Below, one piece after another: positions 37,140-51,884 of a DNA stretch of 64,000 nucleotides; the first letter of the stretch is position 1; each line of letters begins with the position of its first letter. The position numbers and the translations under genes are program-made. Origin of the DNA: Tubiluchus corallicola (Eukaryota; Animalia; Priapulida); contig JAQGDQ010000806.1 in the NCBI GenBank assembly GCA_030141605.1, positions 29,563-93,562 of the forward strand. Reading direction: 5' to 3'. Below the pieces are notes generated by a model. It searched no databases, was not told the DNA's origin, and saw only the letters and a list, made by a program, of their open reading frames with translations.

Positions 37140-37640
37140 GCTGGCACTGTGCTGACTGTACATCAGTTTGCAATCTGCGTTTTTTATTGTACAATTTTGC
37201 GTTGTACACAAAAGTCTTTAAAGCAGTAACTTATTGAATCATTAATCATATAAAAAAATACTGTGCATCAATTCTGATGCACTTGGGTAACTTGTTGTCT
37301 TGTAATAGAATTTCTACAGTAACTATAACACATCGTGGGTCTAAGGACTAATTTGTTTAGTTGTTCTCTAAATCTTTGTATAAAATTTGAGGGATGCGTT
37401 GGGGTTCGAACATTTTTATCATGCTTATTTAGTCAGAACGCCAAACATATTAAACAAGAAAGTGATTAATCATACAGCAAATGTAGATAGTATTATTGCA
37501 AAAATCAATACGACAAAGTATTAAATCGTTGCAATCATAGTATCGATAAACATAAAAATAAACACTATTATCATTAAGAAAATCACTTCCACTGGAGATG
37601 TTTACATTCACTGGGTTAAACGAATCAACTTTTAACGCCA
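37140..37640 (-). repeat. Inverted paralog of ~46385-46908
   Basis: CTGGCACTGTGCTGACTGT...GTGGGTCTAAGGACTAATTTGTTTAG...CACTGGGTTAAACGAATCA is the reverse complement of the 46.4-46.9 kb block. Confidence 0.9.
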
Positions 37641-40600
37641 TATTATGTCACTAATCTATAAGTCGGCTCATACCTTTGTGCTTTTGTGCTGACGTTAGCT
37701 CACCTCTGAACTTCCAGATCAGCAGCTATTAACAATCGTCAGCCTCCCAAACCTGTCCACAACAGTGGAAAGTGGATTCACAATTTTGATCCAAATGATC
37801 ACCACTGTGTTCTACTAGTTTAACTTCACTAGTTCTGTGATATCTAACTTTAACGTTTTCAAAGAACAATAGGTAAACACGTAAACTTATGCAGAGGGAG
37901 CAACTTGTTTACGTTTTTACATTATACAAAAACTGCATGATTGTTGTTAGAGTCAAAATGTTAAAAAGATGAGGAAAAGTGTTCGAAAGTTGAATCTCAG
38001 GGGAGAAAATCAAAGCCTAACAGCCCGTCGTTTAAAAATAAGTAAAATTTTTTATTCCTTCTGTGATCATGCTGTTTACTGAATGGCAGTCACTTTAGGC
38101 ATTTGTGATTTATGTCATTAAAAAGTTTTTGATGAAATCACTTTAATGGGATACAGTAAATGATGTGAACTTAATGTTGTTCTCTAGATTAGCATCCCTT
38201 TAAACTAAAAACTGCTTTTTTGAGATATTCTTCTTTTGGCTTATAAAAATTGTGCATACGTAGACACTATTAACAGACTTAAAAATATTATCATTATAGT
38301 TAGTCCGGCGTCCTCAAAAGTTTTTGAACCTCTGCTGCTTGATATTGGTTGCCCAGCAACTAATGGACAAAGCAAAGTACGTAACAGCAGTCTACGTCAT
38401 CACTTGCTCCTCATACACATTGTATCAAATCTGCAAAAAAAGCTCAGTAACTGTGGCGAATTTAATGTTAAAGAATTTTCGTGTGGTCGATTTACACCAA
38501 ATTTAATAATATAGGAAATATGTTCAATTCTCTGACAGTTCGCATTTTCAGAGGATTATTTTCCAGGCGTCTTTTCCCAGGTGTTCGAGTGTGGTTATCC
38601 AAGAACCTAAATAATGGAAAATTACTGGATACTAGCCGCCAGTGATTTAAATCATTAACAGGTTTTATAATTACAAACTTAAATTCTAGAAGACCACATA
38701 AGAGGCTTTGCGTTCATTTTGACTAATGTTTATTCACGCGATTGAGCGTGCTTTTAAACTTTCTCCTCTTATCCAAACCGCAATTATTATAACACAGTCT
38801 CGGGATTTATTATCATAACAGAAAAACGAGTTTTTACCATAGTCTTTGCAATGCAAGCATTTTGAAAAGCTTTTAAACTAATAACCCAAACTGAAATTTG
38901 AAATGAGATTATTATCCTTTCAATCTTATTAAAATATCGCATTGCATGTTTCCCAGAGAGCCATATTATTCCAAGCCTTGCTTCCAACAGAAACAATAAA
39001 ACACACCACTGCTTCCCAGGGTGTTGTATTATTCCATGCATAACCTCCAACTGAAACAATAGAACCTTCCAGTGCTGTGATAGTAATACTTCACTGCTCT
39101 CAGATGGAGGTAATTTTTAACTTCTGCCTCTTAATAAGATAATGGAATAAGTTGTAAAGTGACGTGAGGAGTCGCTATCAATAAAAGTTGCGCATTATGA
39201 AAATTTGCAATCAAAAGGATGAGCAACTGCAGAAAAAAGCTCGTCTATCATGTTTCCTGGATGTTTCCCTGGTTTATGGCTATGACAACTCTTCTAGTTC
39301 AGGTAATGTTCTTGCAAAATCATGTTCTGCATGAAAGTAGAATTTTCATTTACCTGAAATTTTGTCCGAACTCTTGTCACTAATTTTGTTTTATGTACTC
39401 CATGTAAATTAATATAATGCATGAAGAATTTTGAGGTTTTGTTAGAGAAATAATTCATATACTTGGTTTTTCTTTTAATATATTTTTACTGTGCTTGCAC
39501 GTGTTATGTACTATCACTTGTTTGCTAATGTTGATGTTATTTTGATTTGTTATGATTTCGTTTGTTTAAAATTTGCTTTGTTAAATTTTGTTTGTTAGAT
39601 AATCTTAAGTATGAAACTGTTTTCGGTTTTTTTATTTGGCGTTTTTCTTTACAATTAAGCCAATGCTTTGTTACAGATGTAAAAACTCTAAGGCCTGAAG
39701 ATTAGTGTGACAATTATTATATTATTTGAAGGTCTGCAAACACAATATAATTATCTAAATATAATCAGACAGCACGGCGAATATATTTTATTAAAATTTC
39801 ATGCAAAAAAAACTAATTTCAGAATAATAATCTTTTAAATTTTTCAATGAATAAATTAATTATTTCAGTTCTCCTTTTAGGAAATTGCCCAAACTAACAA
39901 TGTGGTAGAATTGTATGTAATAGTGAATATAGCAGAAAATGCATTAAACTGAAATTTTTTGCGTAAGTAGCTGACATCTTTGCCTAAATAATTTCTTCTA
40001 CAAAATTATTGATTGTTTTTATTTAAAACGAATTTTTCAAAGTCAATCTTCTGTCTATTTACACATTTTGTAAAACTCTTTGCAATTTATATTTTAATTA
40101 ATGTATAACTTAATTCTTAACGTTTTTGCATATTTTATTATATTGTATTTATATTGGTTGCATTTTGTATACAATTTTAATTTAGTTTTAAGTTTATGAC
40201 ACCATTTTTATCAGTTTTTCTAAACTGGTTACATACAATTTTTAATGTAAATATGATTTTAATTTTATGTTTACGCTGTATGTAACATTTTAGCAATAAA
40301 AGATACTAATAATAATAGAAATAATAAAAAATGTCAGTCAACTAAAGCAACAAGGTTTTTCTTCTACAATTTTTCATTTTTAAATGTCAAAAACGTGGAA
40401 CAAAGACAAGTTAAGACAATAATTTCCTGTCAGACTGACACACCACTTACTGACTGCATTATATCATTATTTGTGTCCTCCATTCGAATAACCTGCTCAT
40501 TTTTTGTAATACATATTATTTGTGCTTGTAATCTAAGAAGTCATGTAGCACCTCCATTTTAATTCTTTAAAAAAATGCAGCTGCCCTTTCAATTCACAAA

Positions 40601-40741
40601 ATCTGGTCTAATTTTTACTCAAAAGTTTCTCAAATCGTAATTGAAATCCACACTCTAAGAAAGTACATGAAATTTATGTAATGACGAATAAAATCAAATA
40701 ATTTACAACTATGCACAAAAAATAAAAAAAATTTGATTTAA

Positions 40742-41020
40742 TTAATATGGCCATGGATATATGAATTCTGAATTAGTGTGTATGTTGTCGTACCGGTGTG
40801 ATGGTATTTCATATCTGGTTAATATTAGTGATTTTAAATTTGTTTTAAATGCTGACAGGGACTTTATTTGTGTAACCTGTAATGGTAAAGAATTCCAAAC
40901 TAGAATTGCTTGTTTGATTACAGAGTTCATTCCGTAGTGGGTATTTGTCCTAATTTGTTTTAGATTGCTTGTTCTGGAATTAGCGATAGGATTCATTGCT
41001 TTAAATTTCTCGTTGGGCAA
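40742..41020 (-). mobile_element. 3' end of an L2/CR1-group LINE ORF2
   Basis: RTNTHYGMNSVIKQAILVWNSLPLQVTQIKSLSAFKTNLK fits the W-N-S-L-P...SL..FK..LK C-terminal signature. Confidence 0.75.
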
Positions 41021-41384
41021 CTGCTATTTTACTGCTTTTAGCTGAAATTAAAATAGTTCGGAAATTGACAAAAAGCCGAGTAATTTGAAATGGTAATTGA
41101 CATTTATCGGCGTAACAAAACTCACTGATCACAATTAGTATCAGCATTGGTTTTTATCCCAGGCCTATTCCCGAGATAATGCTGCAGTTCATTCAACTTG
41201 GGTTTTTGCTGCTCAGCTGAATCTGACTGCATCACGTGTTCTGATTGAGCCATTGTTTAAGCAAGACAGGATAATTTTTTATATATGACTTCATTTTCAA
41301 GTACGGTAAAAAGTACACATTTTAACATGATTAATACAGCAAAAGCGTTTTTGGTAAATAAAGAAATAAATTAAAATCTTAATT

Positions 41385-44300
41385 GGTTTTAAAGCATACG
41401 TTCTGCATGTGGCTGCTGTTATGTACTTAAGATGTGCTTCAAATAAACATTTTTACAGATTATATTACTGGAATGGCGTCTCCATCACTCCAGAGTCTTA
41501 ACAATTTCACTCAGTATTTCTGGCCGGGCTGGTAGCTTTGGTATTACGATATCGCATTTTGCATTTAGCAAACTAGATGCAGTTTTTTTTTATAATTTTA
41601 TCTAAAAATTAATAATGCCAAGGAATTGCAGTGAAAATTTTAGTTAATGAGTAACGTTAAGGCATTGTTATGATTGTTAAACTTTTGGTGAATTGAATTT
41701 CTCAAATACGATTTGTAAACGTGATTCGTGGGCAAGAAGTGGAAAAGATCAATATTTTTCTACTAATTGCACCCAATAAATTCAGAACATCTTTCAAAGA
41801 CCCTTTAAATTTTATACGTCTATATTGATTTTCAAACAGAGACAAATAGTTTAACTTCTTTGTGTTAAACTCAGAAAAATGTTTTCACATGTTTCAGAAA
41901 TCTTAAGTAAACTAGTTGCGCCCTGTATAAATACTGGAACGAAAATTTTACTCATTTATAGGGCATCCGGTTCATTTAATTTTTCTTACTTAACTCTTCC
42001 CTGGGATCATTCCCAGGTGTTCAGGTGAGGGTAAATTACACAAGATGTTAAAATGTGGGAAAATATTTTTCTTTGCTTCTGAGCCACTTTAACCCTGCTT
42101 AAAATCAATAACAGAACTTGAACAAAACAGAATGTAAAAAGTCCTTTGTTAACATTGCTGCGCACTTAAAGCTTTCTCCATTTTATCCAAAAAGCAATTA
42201 TTATTAAGTGAATCTTTTTGTTTAGCTAAGCTGATAATCTAGAACTCCCAGTGAAAGAGTTAAGAAGAGATGGAAAGCAAACACAGACAAGAATTTCTAT
42301 AGAATGTAGAAGCTTTTTGTTTGTTTAAGCTGCCAACCTGGAACTCCCAGAGGAAGAGTTAACAAAAGATGGAAAGCAAATACATTGCTTAGGTTTAAGT
42401 GAGCCGTAAAATAATCACCAGTGATTTGGTGTAAGATTTTTGTTTTCTATGCGAACTATTAAAAATAATAGCGACGCTAAACTTTCTCATGAGAGGGGCA
42501 TTTTAACTAAATTGTGCTGCATGATAGTAACACATTTACAACTTATTGACATTATGTAATCTCTTTTGCCAATGATTTAGTATTTTTAATTCTACAAATT
42601 CGCAGGGTTTCACAAAAACATCAATATTCTCGGTTTTGTTTTGTCGTCAAACATGTCTCAATGAGGACTATTTCATCAAAACCGCTAATTTATTATTCAT
42701 GATTTATTATATAGTACTGAACAATATCCAAAATTTAACATGTTGGTTGAGTAAAATTCAATAAATTTTTGAGTTAATGCAAATTTCCAGATCATGGTTC
42801 ATGAAACTGCAGCTTTCTGTAAATATATAAAGTTGCTCAGACTAAAAACTTTCAAAGAAATTTTTAAAATCGTTTTTTTCGGTGCACTCAAGAGTGCAAT
42901 AACATTTTAAAATTAACGTAAAGAAATCAACACATGAGAAAACTCATGAAGAAGCGCCAGGAATAGTAACGGAAAATAATTTCTTGATAATATAGCACGA
43001 TTTTCGAAAGTTTCTTAAAACATTGAAATAACCACAAAGGTGTAGGCTAAGAAAAGATATTCTACTTTTTTTGGGTAAAACTAACATCTGCATGCGATGA
43101 ATTTTCCTCAAACCCAATTCATGACTGACAAGTAAGGAGGTGTGAACAAACGTTATCGAAAATGTTGAACCCAAAAACCTTGTATGCACTTTATTATGAA
43201 AACTACTGCTTTTGTTTATTTGAAATTATATTGTCATTAGAGGTGTTGTTAATTAATTGTCTGTTAGCCTTGCTTTAGTTTATTCACGAGGTATATTATT
43301 GTAATATGTAGTATAATATTATCATGACTTTGGATTGCCTTGACCATGACAAAAGTGCAGTGACACACTGCAGTCTAAGGCCCTAATACATTCTTCAAAA
43401 ATGCAGGCAACATTCCAACAATTTCACTTTAAAATGTTATTTATTGTTTGCTTCTGGTATCATTGTCATTTTCAAAGTGATTTTGTAGCTGTTATCATTA
43501 TCGCTATTATTAATGTTATTAATTTCTCGACATTCATATTTGGCTAGTGTATATGGACGGTGTAAATGTTTTGCCCAAACAGGCAGTCTGTGTAGAGCGT
43601 GGCAGAGACATGGTGCACTCTCACATGCTAGAGCAGTGAATGTAGCGATGCGTGCATGAAAGCAACGATGCACATGATAGCTCATGGGTAAGATTGATTG
43701 ACAGCATGCGTGTCTAGCAATGGCAGATGATCCAATTGGCTGAACAGCTTTGGGTAATATCAGTGAGCCATCTATTGTACAAAACCACAACTAACACATC
43801 TCCTACAATATGTTGCCTTAGAAAAAAATAATAATAAACAAACAGTAGTCGCTAAATGATAGTAGGTAGATTTAGTATTAAGTGTTTAAAATCAAAATTA
43901 ATATGCAGTCTTGACATAAGATTTGTAATCATATAACTGCTCCAATTAATCTGAATAGTATCGGGCAAAGTCAGGCTGCCATCTACTGTACAAAACTGCA
44001 ACTAATGTAACAGCTACAATATAACGTAATCGCTGCTTAGTGAGAGCAGTTTTTCCTGAACCCACGCGAAGTGCAGAAAATGCACACTGTCTTGAAGGAG
44101 TCAACCGAGTGAAACTGGGTTCTAGTTTATCAAATTAAAAGTATTGAGGGGACAAACCAAGTCGTACAAATAATGCTGACACTGGCTGATGTCTGACTAA
44201 AAAATGAGGGTCGAAAAAATCAATGCATTTATTGCCAAATTGAATAGTATGAGTTTGTTGTGATGATCACTAGCATGCACTAGAATTGAATGTGAAAATG

Positions 44301-45350
44301 CAGAATGTTCTAAAGTATAGTAGACAATCTTCTTACCTTGTGTATTGCACAGTGAATATTTACTGTAACATAGAAGCAATCGTAGATATACGAAATGCGC
44401 GTATTAGTTTCTAGATTGTTCTAGAATGAGGCAGAGCTGGCACTCATTATTGTTCTCAGATTCTGAGACTCTTAGATACACACACTTTCTCGCTTTCATG
44501 TTTCCAGATTATCACATTGACTTTGTACATATGTACATATTTTGAATTCCTTCACATTTTGTGTTGTGGAATTGTCACACAATAAACCTGTTTAATTGGA
44601 CAACGTGTTTTCTTGTTTTCTCTACGAGCTGTCCGAGAGAAAAAAACACAACAGAGTTGTGCCGAGATTGAGTGGCCTTAGACTGGATTCACAGGTTGAA
44701 ATAGCCATTTCTTTATGAATTGCAGTCGCTATGCATTCAAGGCAAAGTCAAATCAATAAAGCAAAAAATTAGAACTTTCAAAGAAAATATGGCATTTTTT
44801 TCAGTATCCAATTCTGTAAATCTTGACTATATTGTTTGCAAAATCTTAAGTTTTAAATCACGTCAGAAACATTTTCAACTATTATAAATTATTCATATTT
44901 ATCAAACTTATTTGTTAGTTTTACCTGGTTGCTGGCAGCACCTGGCTTTTTATATAGGTGTAAAACCATTTTTTACATCGGCCACGTCACGAGGCTCAAG
45001 AAGATTGTGTTCAGTTATGCTGTTAGACGGCAAATAATGACAACCTCCAGCTGTGATGATGGCTATGCCAGTTTGCCAGCACACCTAAGCTGATATGTTT
45101 AAACTAATGGCTTAACATCTTGCAATTTGGTTTAAAAAGTCACGTGACACTTCAGCTATTAATTTTTGCCACAGCTTTCCTTTCAGTTCTCTACTGCAGC
45201 CACTTTTGTACATGAACGTTTCATGCTGCTTTTTTCTCAAAATTTTCGTTTTTCGTTTCCACACGATTCCCAAAATCGACATTTTCCTGAAGATATTCTG
45301 CTCTTTTAACTGGACTGGCTAAAATAATCGCAAACTTTTGGCAAAAACAA
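41385..45350 (+). repeat. Multi-kb block paralogous, with insertions, to ~55400-63655
   Basis: Collinear matches: 41385-43090/55400-56892, 43530-44245/58590-59315, 44605-44885/59318-59605, 44900-45010/61355-61460, 45115-45350/63425-63655. Confidence 0.85.
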
Positions 45351-48300
45351 AGACAATCGTACTGCAGCATGTTTGACAAGATATATATGTATTCTGACTC
45401 TTTAAACTTTTTGGTGGTGTTTGATTAGTATCAAAATTAATTTTTGTAATTTGTTACATGCCTTTTATAAAGTCCTCGATCTAGCATCGTCTCGTTAATG
45501 GTTTACATTAATGCGCACGCACAGCTGGAGGAACAGTAGCAAAAAACCTCGAGAATAGCCTTTTAGCTCCATTTTTTGCGAAATTGATATCTCTTATTTC
45601 TAGAGAACGGAAATGGCCTTTAAACGGTGCTGGTAACGGATTGATAGCCTTTCCAACGGTGGGTGTCATAAGCAAAATCCTGGGAATACCATGTGACCAT
45701 TTAGCAGGCGTTTTCTCACACCCAGCTTTGGAAATGAGATCAATAGCTCTTTGGGAAGAAGAGGAAAGGGTCTATATATCAACTGAAAAAGCCACCGTTC
45801 TGAGGTCATTCCATGGCACTCTGCCTATAGTTCTGCTTCAATAGAAGCTGCTATTGGCTGTTATAATGAAGCATTACAATAGTAGTCTATTATGATTAAA
45901 AGAAGCAGTTTGCAAACACGTTGAATATTTAGAATCCCATTATATTGATCATTGGTGATTGGCTCTAATAGCATTTGCCATATCAAACAGTTTCAACCTT
46001 CGACAAAATGGTTTCGAAATACTGCTGTTTTGGCCGTTTTTGTATTGTAGGTGTCACCATCGTAATCATTACGACCAAAAAACTGTCTCACAGTACGTAC
46101 TGGTGCGTTGCCTTCTAGCGCAATGTGGCGGAATCAGTCTGTTTGTGGTCATTAGGTTCGTGAAGCAGGTTACATATAATCGAACACTATCTTGTGAAAC
46201 TAAAACTTACTCATACTCTGTGTGTTTGGTATGGCACAAAGTCTTATCTGGAATGTTTTCACGCACGGTGCTTGCAGAAACGCGCGTACTATGCTGTGCG
46301 ACGTCACCATGATAGTGACGCCACCCCTGTGTACACGCGCTTAGATATGCCCCACTAACATTTCTTTCTAATACCCATGACATGATAATAATGATTATAA
46401 TGTTGTAAGTAAATGATTCGTTTAACCCAGTGAATATAAAGATTTCCAGTAGAAGTGATTTTCTTAAGTTTCTTAATGATAATAGCGTTTATTTTTATGT
46501 TTACTATGATTGCAACGATTTTTAAATACTTTGTCGAATTGATTTTTGCAATAATACTGTCTACATTTGTTGTATAATTAATCACTTTATTGTTTGATAT
46601 ATTTGGCGTTCTGACTAAATAAACATGATAACAATATACGAACCCCAATGCATCATTCTGTTTTTATACAAAGATTTAGAGAACAACTAAACAAATTAGT
46701 CCTTAGACCCACGATGTGTTATAGTTACTGTAGAAATTTTATTACAAGACAACAAGTTACCCAAGTGAATCAGAATTGATACACAGTAAATTTTTATACC
46801 ATTAATGATTCAATAAGTTGTTACTTTTAAGACTTTTGTGCACAACGCAAAATTGTACAATAAAAAACGCAGATTGCAAACTGATACACAGTCAGCACAG
46901 TGCCAGCCTAACCCACTCCTCCATCCGAATATTCTGCTCTTTTTCTTGTAATAAATATTATTTGCTTGTGATCTAAGAAGTCATGTAGCACCTCCATTTT
47001 AATTCTATAAAAAAATCAGGATGCAGCTGCCCTTTTAATTCGTTAATTCTTGTCTAATTTACACACAAAAGTTTCTGAAATTTTGTTTATTTTCGCAATT
47101 GAAACCCACTCTCTAAGAAAGTACATAAAATGTATGTTGTGTGTAAAGCATTTGCATTGGCACTGAAATTTCTTTAAAACTTTCTCTAAACAAGCAATTA
47201 GCAAATTATCACATTCCTTCTCTCCCGGTGTGATTTGTTATGACAAGCATTAACATCCAGCAAAAATAATAGAGCACACCTATTTATTCCCAGTGCACTC
47301 AGACAGAACTACTTTTGATCTTCTGTCAGTTATTGAAAATAATGGAACAAGTTGAAAGGCGAACCGTATCTAGCGATAAGAGCTACGCACTACAGGACCT
47401 TGCAACTAAATGGTTAGGTGGCTGCTCCTAAAAACGCTCTTCTCTCATATTACCTGGTTTCTCAAGGATAGAGAGAATTCAGTATAACACCTATACCAAC
47501 TAATGTTTTTGAAAATGCAGTATGGATAATGGATGTTATGAAATTGCCTGCAAAAGTAATTCCAGTAATTGGAGTTTTTAGAACACTACTAACAGTGAAC
47601 ATCTGGACTAATATTAAGTTTTTGAAATACTGAAAGTTGAAATACTAAACCTGCACTTTATTGACTAGGTATATTATTGTAGTCTGTAGTATAATGTTAT
47701 AATGACTTTGGATTGCCTTGACCACGAAAAAATGCAGTGGAATACATGGGTCTAAGGCCCTATTACATTGTTAAAATAGGCAGGCTAAATTTCAACATTT
47801 TCACTTTAAAATGTTATTTATTGCTTGCTTCTGGTATCATTGTCATTTTCATAGTGATTTTGCAGTCTGTGTAGAGCGTGACAGAGACGAGGTGCACTCT
47901 CACACATGCTGGAGTAGTGAGTGTAGCGATGCGTGCATGGACGAAACGTCGCACATGAGAGCTCATGGGTAAGATTGATTGGCAGCATGCATGTCTAGCA
48001 ATGGCGGATGCTCCAAATGGCTGAAAAGCTTTGGGTAATATCAGTGAGCCATCTATTGTACAAAACCAAAAAAATAATAATTAACGAACAATGTTCACTA
48101 ACAATTATATAAATCATAGTTGGTAGATTTAGTAATACGCATTTAAAATCAAAATTACTATGCAATCTTGAAGTAAGATTTGTTATAACATAACTGCTCC
48201 AATTAGCTGAATAGTACCAGGCAATGTCAGACAGCCATCTACTGTACAAAATTGCAACTAATGCAACAGCTACAATATAACATGATCGCTGCTTAGTGAG

Positions 48301-49017
48301 AGCAGTTTTTCCTGCACTTTCTTTGTTTATTTGTTACTATGAATAACCACCATGTAACAAAGAAATGCTTGAACATATGTAGGAAACTTGTGTCACAAAT
48401 TTGAGTACGTGGATTATATCTACTACATAGTAACAGTTAGCCTGACCTTGTTTTTGTTTTACAATAATAACAACAACAGTAACAGCAGCAGCAACAACAG
48501 CAGTAGCAAAGACAACGTCAATAACATCCACAATAGCAGCAGCTGTGCAAAACAAAAATGGTGCAGATAAAAATGGCATGGAAAAAATGGCACATAATGT
48601 TACATGGATGCAATTGATTTCTATAATAAAACTAGAATGCACTCATAGGAAACAGATCTCCGCCAGAGCTGGACAATTCTAAACTTATTAGTCTGCTTCG
48701 TTTGGCTAAAAAAATTAACACAAAGATAAACAAGCAAACACACAAAAATGTATTTGCATTAGTATAAAACATGCTAGTAAAATATTTGGTTGTTAAAAAG
48801 ATTTATAAACAGTAATGTGCTGATGTTCCATACAGTGTTTATTTATCTTTTACAATTTCATTTTGGGAATGTAAAATAACTGACAAATATGCAAGCAAAG
48901 ATTATAATCTGCATTACATACAGCTTTACGAGCAAGAATTTCTTGAAATGGACCTCGTATTAACTCGTAGTTGTCTGTTTAGGAGGAGATAACAAAAAAG
49001 GGGTGTGTGGTACACAC

Positions 49018-49425
49018 TAGGGGTGAGCATTCTCTACCAGAAAGCGAATTCAAATCCAGCCAAATTTGTGACTTTCGCATTCGAGTTGAACAGTCGATTA
49101 ACAATCTTTAGTGTTTCAAATTCGAACCGAACTCGAATTGTGAGTGAAAGATTTTCGAACAAGTTTTCGAACCACCTGTAAAAATTAATCATACAAAGAT
49201 CATGCATATCACTAGTTTTTGGTCTGCAATAAAAAAAACTTTGTTTAAAATTGTGCACGGAAATCACAAAAAAATTATGCTAATTGCATGATATTTCAAT
49301 CGTTTTAATGATAAAGAACATATGTGATTGAAGTGTTGAATTAGTCGAATTTATTGTTTTAGGTACGAATCAACTTCGAACTAAAAAAGACTCGTTTGAA
49401 CTCGTACGTTCGATGGTCACCCATA
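49018..49425. mobile_element. hAT-type non-autonomous element (MITE), 408 bp
   Basis: TIRs TAGGGGTGAGCAT / ATGGTCACCCATA (11 of 13 match); perfect 8-bp TSD GTACACAC at 49010-49017 and 49426-49433; subterminal TTCGA repeats. Confidence 0.85.
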
Positions 49426-51161
49426 GTACACACACCCTTACAGACTTTGGCAAAGTGTTTCTCGAATTTTCTAACACACAAGTCAAGTTTTCTGAAAAAA
49501 TAAATAACAAAAAATTCCAATTTTGACATCCTCTACCAAACTTTCCTCAAAAAGATTTACATAATAGACAAAAAAACAAACAAAACAAACAAAATGTGCT
49601 GAAGCACGACTTCCAAGGCAGAGTTCTTATCGCCCACTATAACACTAACCCAAACCACATACTGAGTTTACTGAGATTTTTGCCCGTGTTATTTTTTACC
49701 TACTTTTCCAATTTGAGTTATTTTTCCTATACCATTTTTCATGTGCCATTTTACCTAACCAGTTTTCCATGCCACTTTTTGTGAGCCATTTTCCTGTTGC
49801 ATATTTGTAGCCACTTCGTGATAACATTTCTTGTATTTTCAAAGATTTTCAACAGTTTACAACATTCAGGAAACTATTAGTCCATCCTTAAATCCATTGC
49901 AGTGAATGTGAAATAACCTTAAAAGAATTTGCAAATTTGTTTTAATAATATTTATTGATAGCTTGATAGCTTAATAAACGTTAATGCAATAGTAGCATTT
50001 GGCAATCTATCGTGACAGCATGAAAGCTTTAATGAAAAACTAAGGAAGCATTTTTGGGACAGACAGCGTTTTTGTTAATTTGATGGCTCAGCTCATGTTA
50101 TCTATATATTATAAAAAATTTATAATGAGGTAATTATATTCCTTTACTTCAAAATACCTAAATTTATGTTTACTGACAGGTTGTTGGCTGTCAATATCAC
50201 TTTTTTCTCATATCAGATCTTGTTATTTGATTTCACACAATTTACACAAGATATACTCAAATGTCTAAAATCTTTTCCTAGCAAATGCCTTTCAAATTAT
50301 TTCAATTTTTGATAACAGGTTTGGTGAATAGTGCCAAACATTTTTTTCAACAACATTTTGTGAAAGTTTGAGTGTTGTACCTGTAGTTTCACATTGACTA
50401 ATTTCCCTTCACACAAAAAGTTGAATTTTAACAAGAAAAACTAAAATGTCCTAAAGTCTTTCCACAAAACATTCACTATTTCAGTTTGTTCTATGGCATC
50501 TTATATTTTTGAGTGTTATATGTTAACTCTTTCCCTCAATTTACACAAGAATTTAAAACATAGGAAAGTATTTTTCTTTGCTCTCAACAATTTATACATG
50601 CACAGGAACCCGGATCTTAGAATTCCGCATTTAAAAGGCCTTTTGTTCGCGGTACTGAAAACTTAAAACTTTTTCTGTCTTATCCAAACAGCAATTATTT
50701 TTACGCTGTCTCGCTCTTTAAATTTGTAAGAAGGAAAACCAGTTTCTACGCCTGTGTTTGCGTTAAACATTCTTTCGAAAGCTTTCAGGTCTGAAAAGGC
50801 TTTATATTCCTTTCAATCTTAACAAAACATCTTAGTGCGTATCTCCCAGGGTGATATGTTATTTCAAGAAGCAGAAATAATAGAACACACCCCTGCTTTG
50901 CTAAGACACAGACAAAGGAAATTCTGCACACAGGCAAACATGCATTTCACTTTTTGAAAATAACGGAATAGCTTGAGAAAGCCGTGACGTAAAGAATAGA
51001 AGCAGCAATAACAGTTACGCACTACCAAAACTTGCAAATAAATGGATGGGTGTGTGCAGAAAATGTTAGTGCTGTTTCCACGATGTTAGGTGGTTTTTAT
51101 CCGGATAGGGAGAATATGATAAAACACCTCTTGTAGTTAATGATCTTGCACAACCACTTAA

Positions 51162-51488
51162 AGGGGAATATCATGAAAATCAAGTTAAACATTTTTTATA
51201 GTTGCCTAACCAGTGAAAAACTTGGCGAAATTTTTTTAGCCAAGTAACAGTTTTGTATCTCATATCTCGCGAGAAACGCCAATGAACTGCACGTACCCCT
51301 CTCCCGAGTGAAAAAATTGAACTAGCACAGCTCTGCTGTTGATATTTTACTACCATCAATAGGTACAGTTCCATTATAGTATATTGTTGTAGGTGTGTTA
51401 AATTTGCATGAAGAACGATGTTCGCATTTGTATTCGCAATATAATCTCGAGTTATTCAAGCTCAACTTAATTTGGTGTTATTCCCCCT
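51162..51488. mobile_element. Kolobok-like non-autonomous element, 327 bp
   Basis: TTAA on both sides (51158-51161, 51489-51492); termini AGGGGAATATCA / TGTTATTCCCCCT, i.e. RR...YY ends. Confidence 0.6.
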
Positions 51489-51884
51489 TTAAAGAATAAC
51501 AAGCTTTTCACCTAAGAAAATGATTCCCCAAATGTTACGTGTAATGTTATTCCCTAATATGGAGAAATACTATGTTTTTGAAATTTTTGACATTCTCGGG
51601 TGTCAAGGCATGCGGCAAAGTTGTGTATATCAAAACTAATTTTCCTTCTTTACAGAAGAAGGGACCGGGTATTGCGTTAGTCTTTTCTTTTCCAATTTGA
51701 TATCAGATCCGTTTCAAGGATGAAATGCGTTTTCATCTAGTGGGTTGAGATGATGGGAAGTATGATTTGGTATAAATGATAGTATGATGTTGTTTTCTCG
51801 CATGACCCTGATAAAGTCGAGGTTGAGTGAGTGTGTCATGTGTCCATCCAGTAACAGCAAGTTTTTTCACCTAATGCACCTTAA

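Noticed and set aside
38236-38514. Possible reverse-transcriptase remnant (IVSPASSKVFEPLLL)
   Set aside because: Only a weak resemblance to the LINE RT 'SKVFE' region; too degenerate to support without a search.
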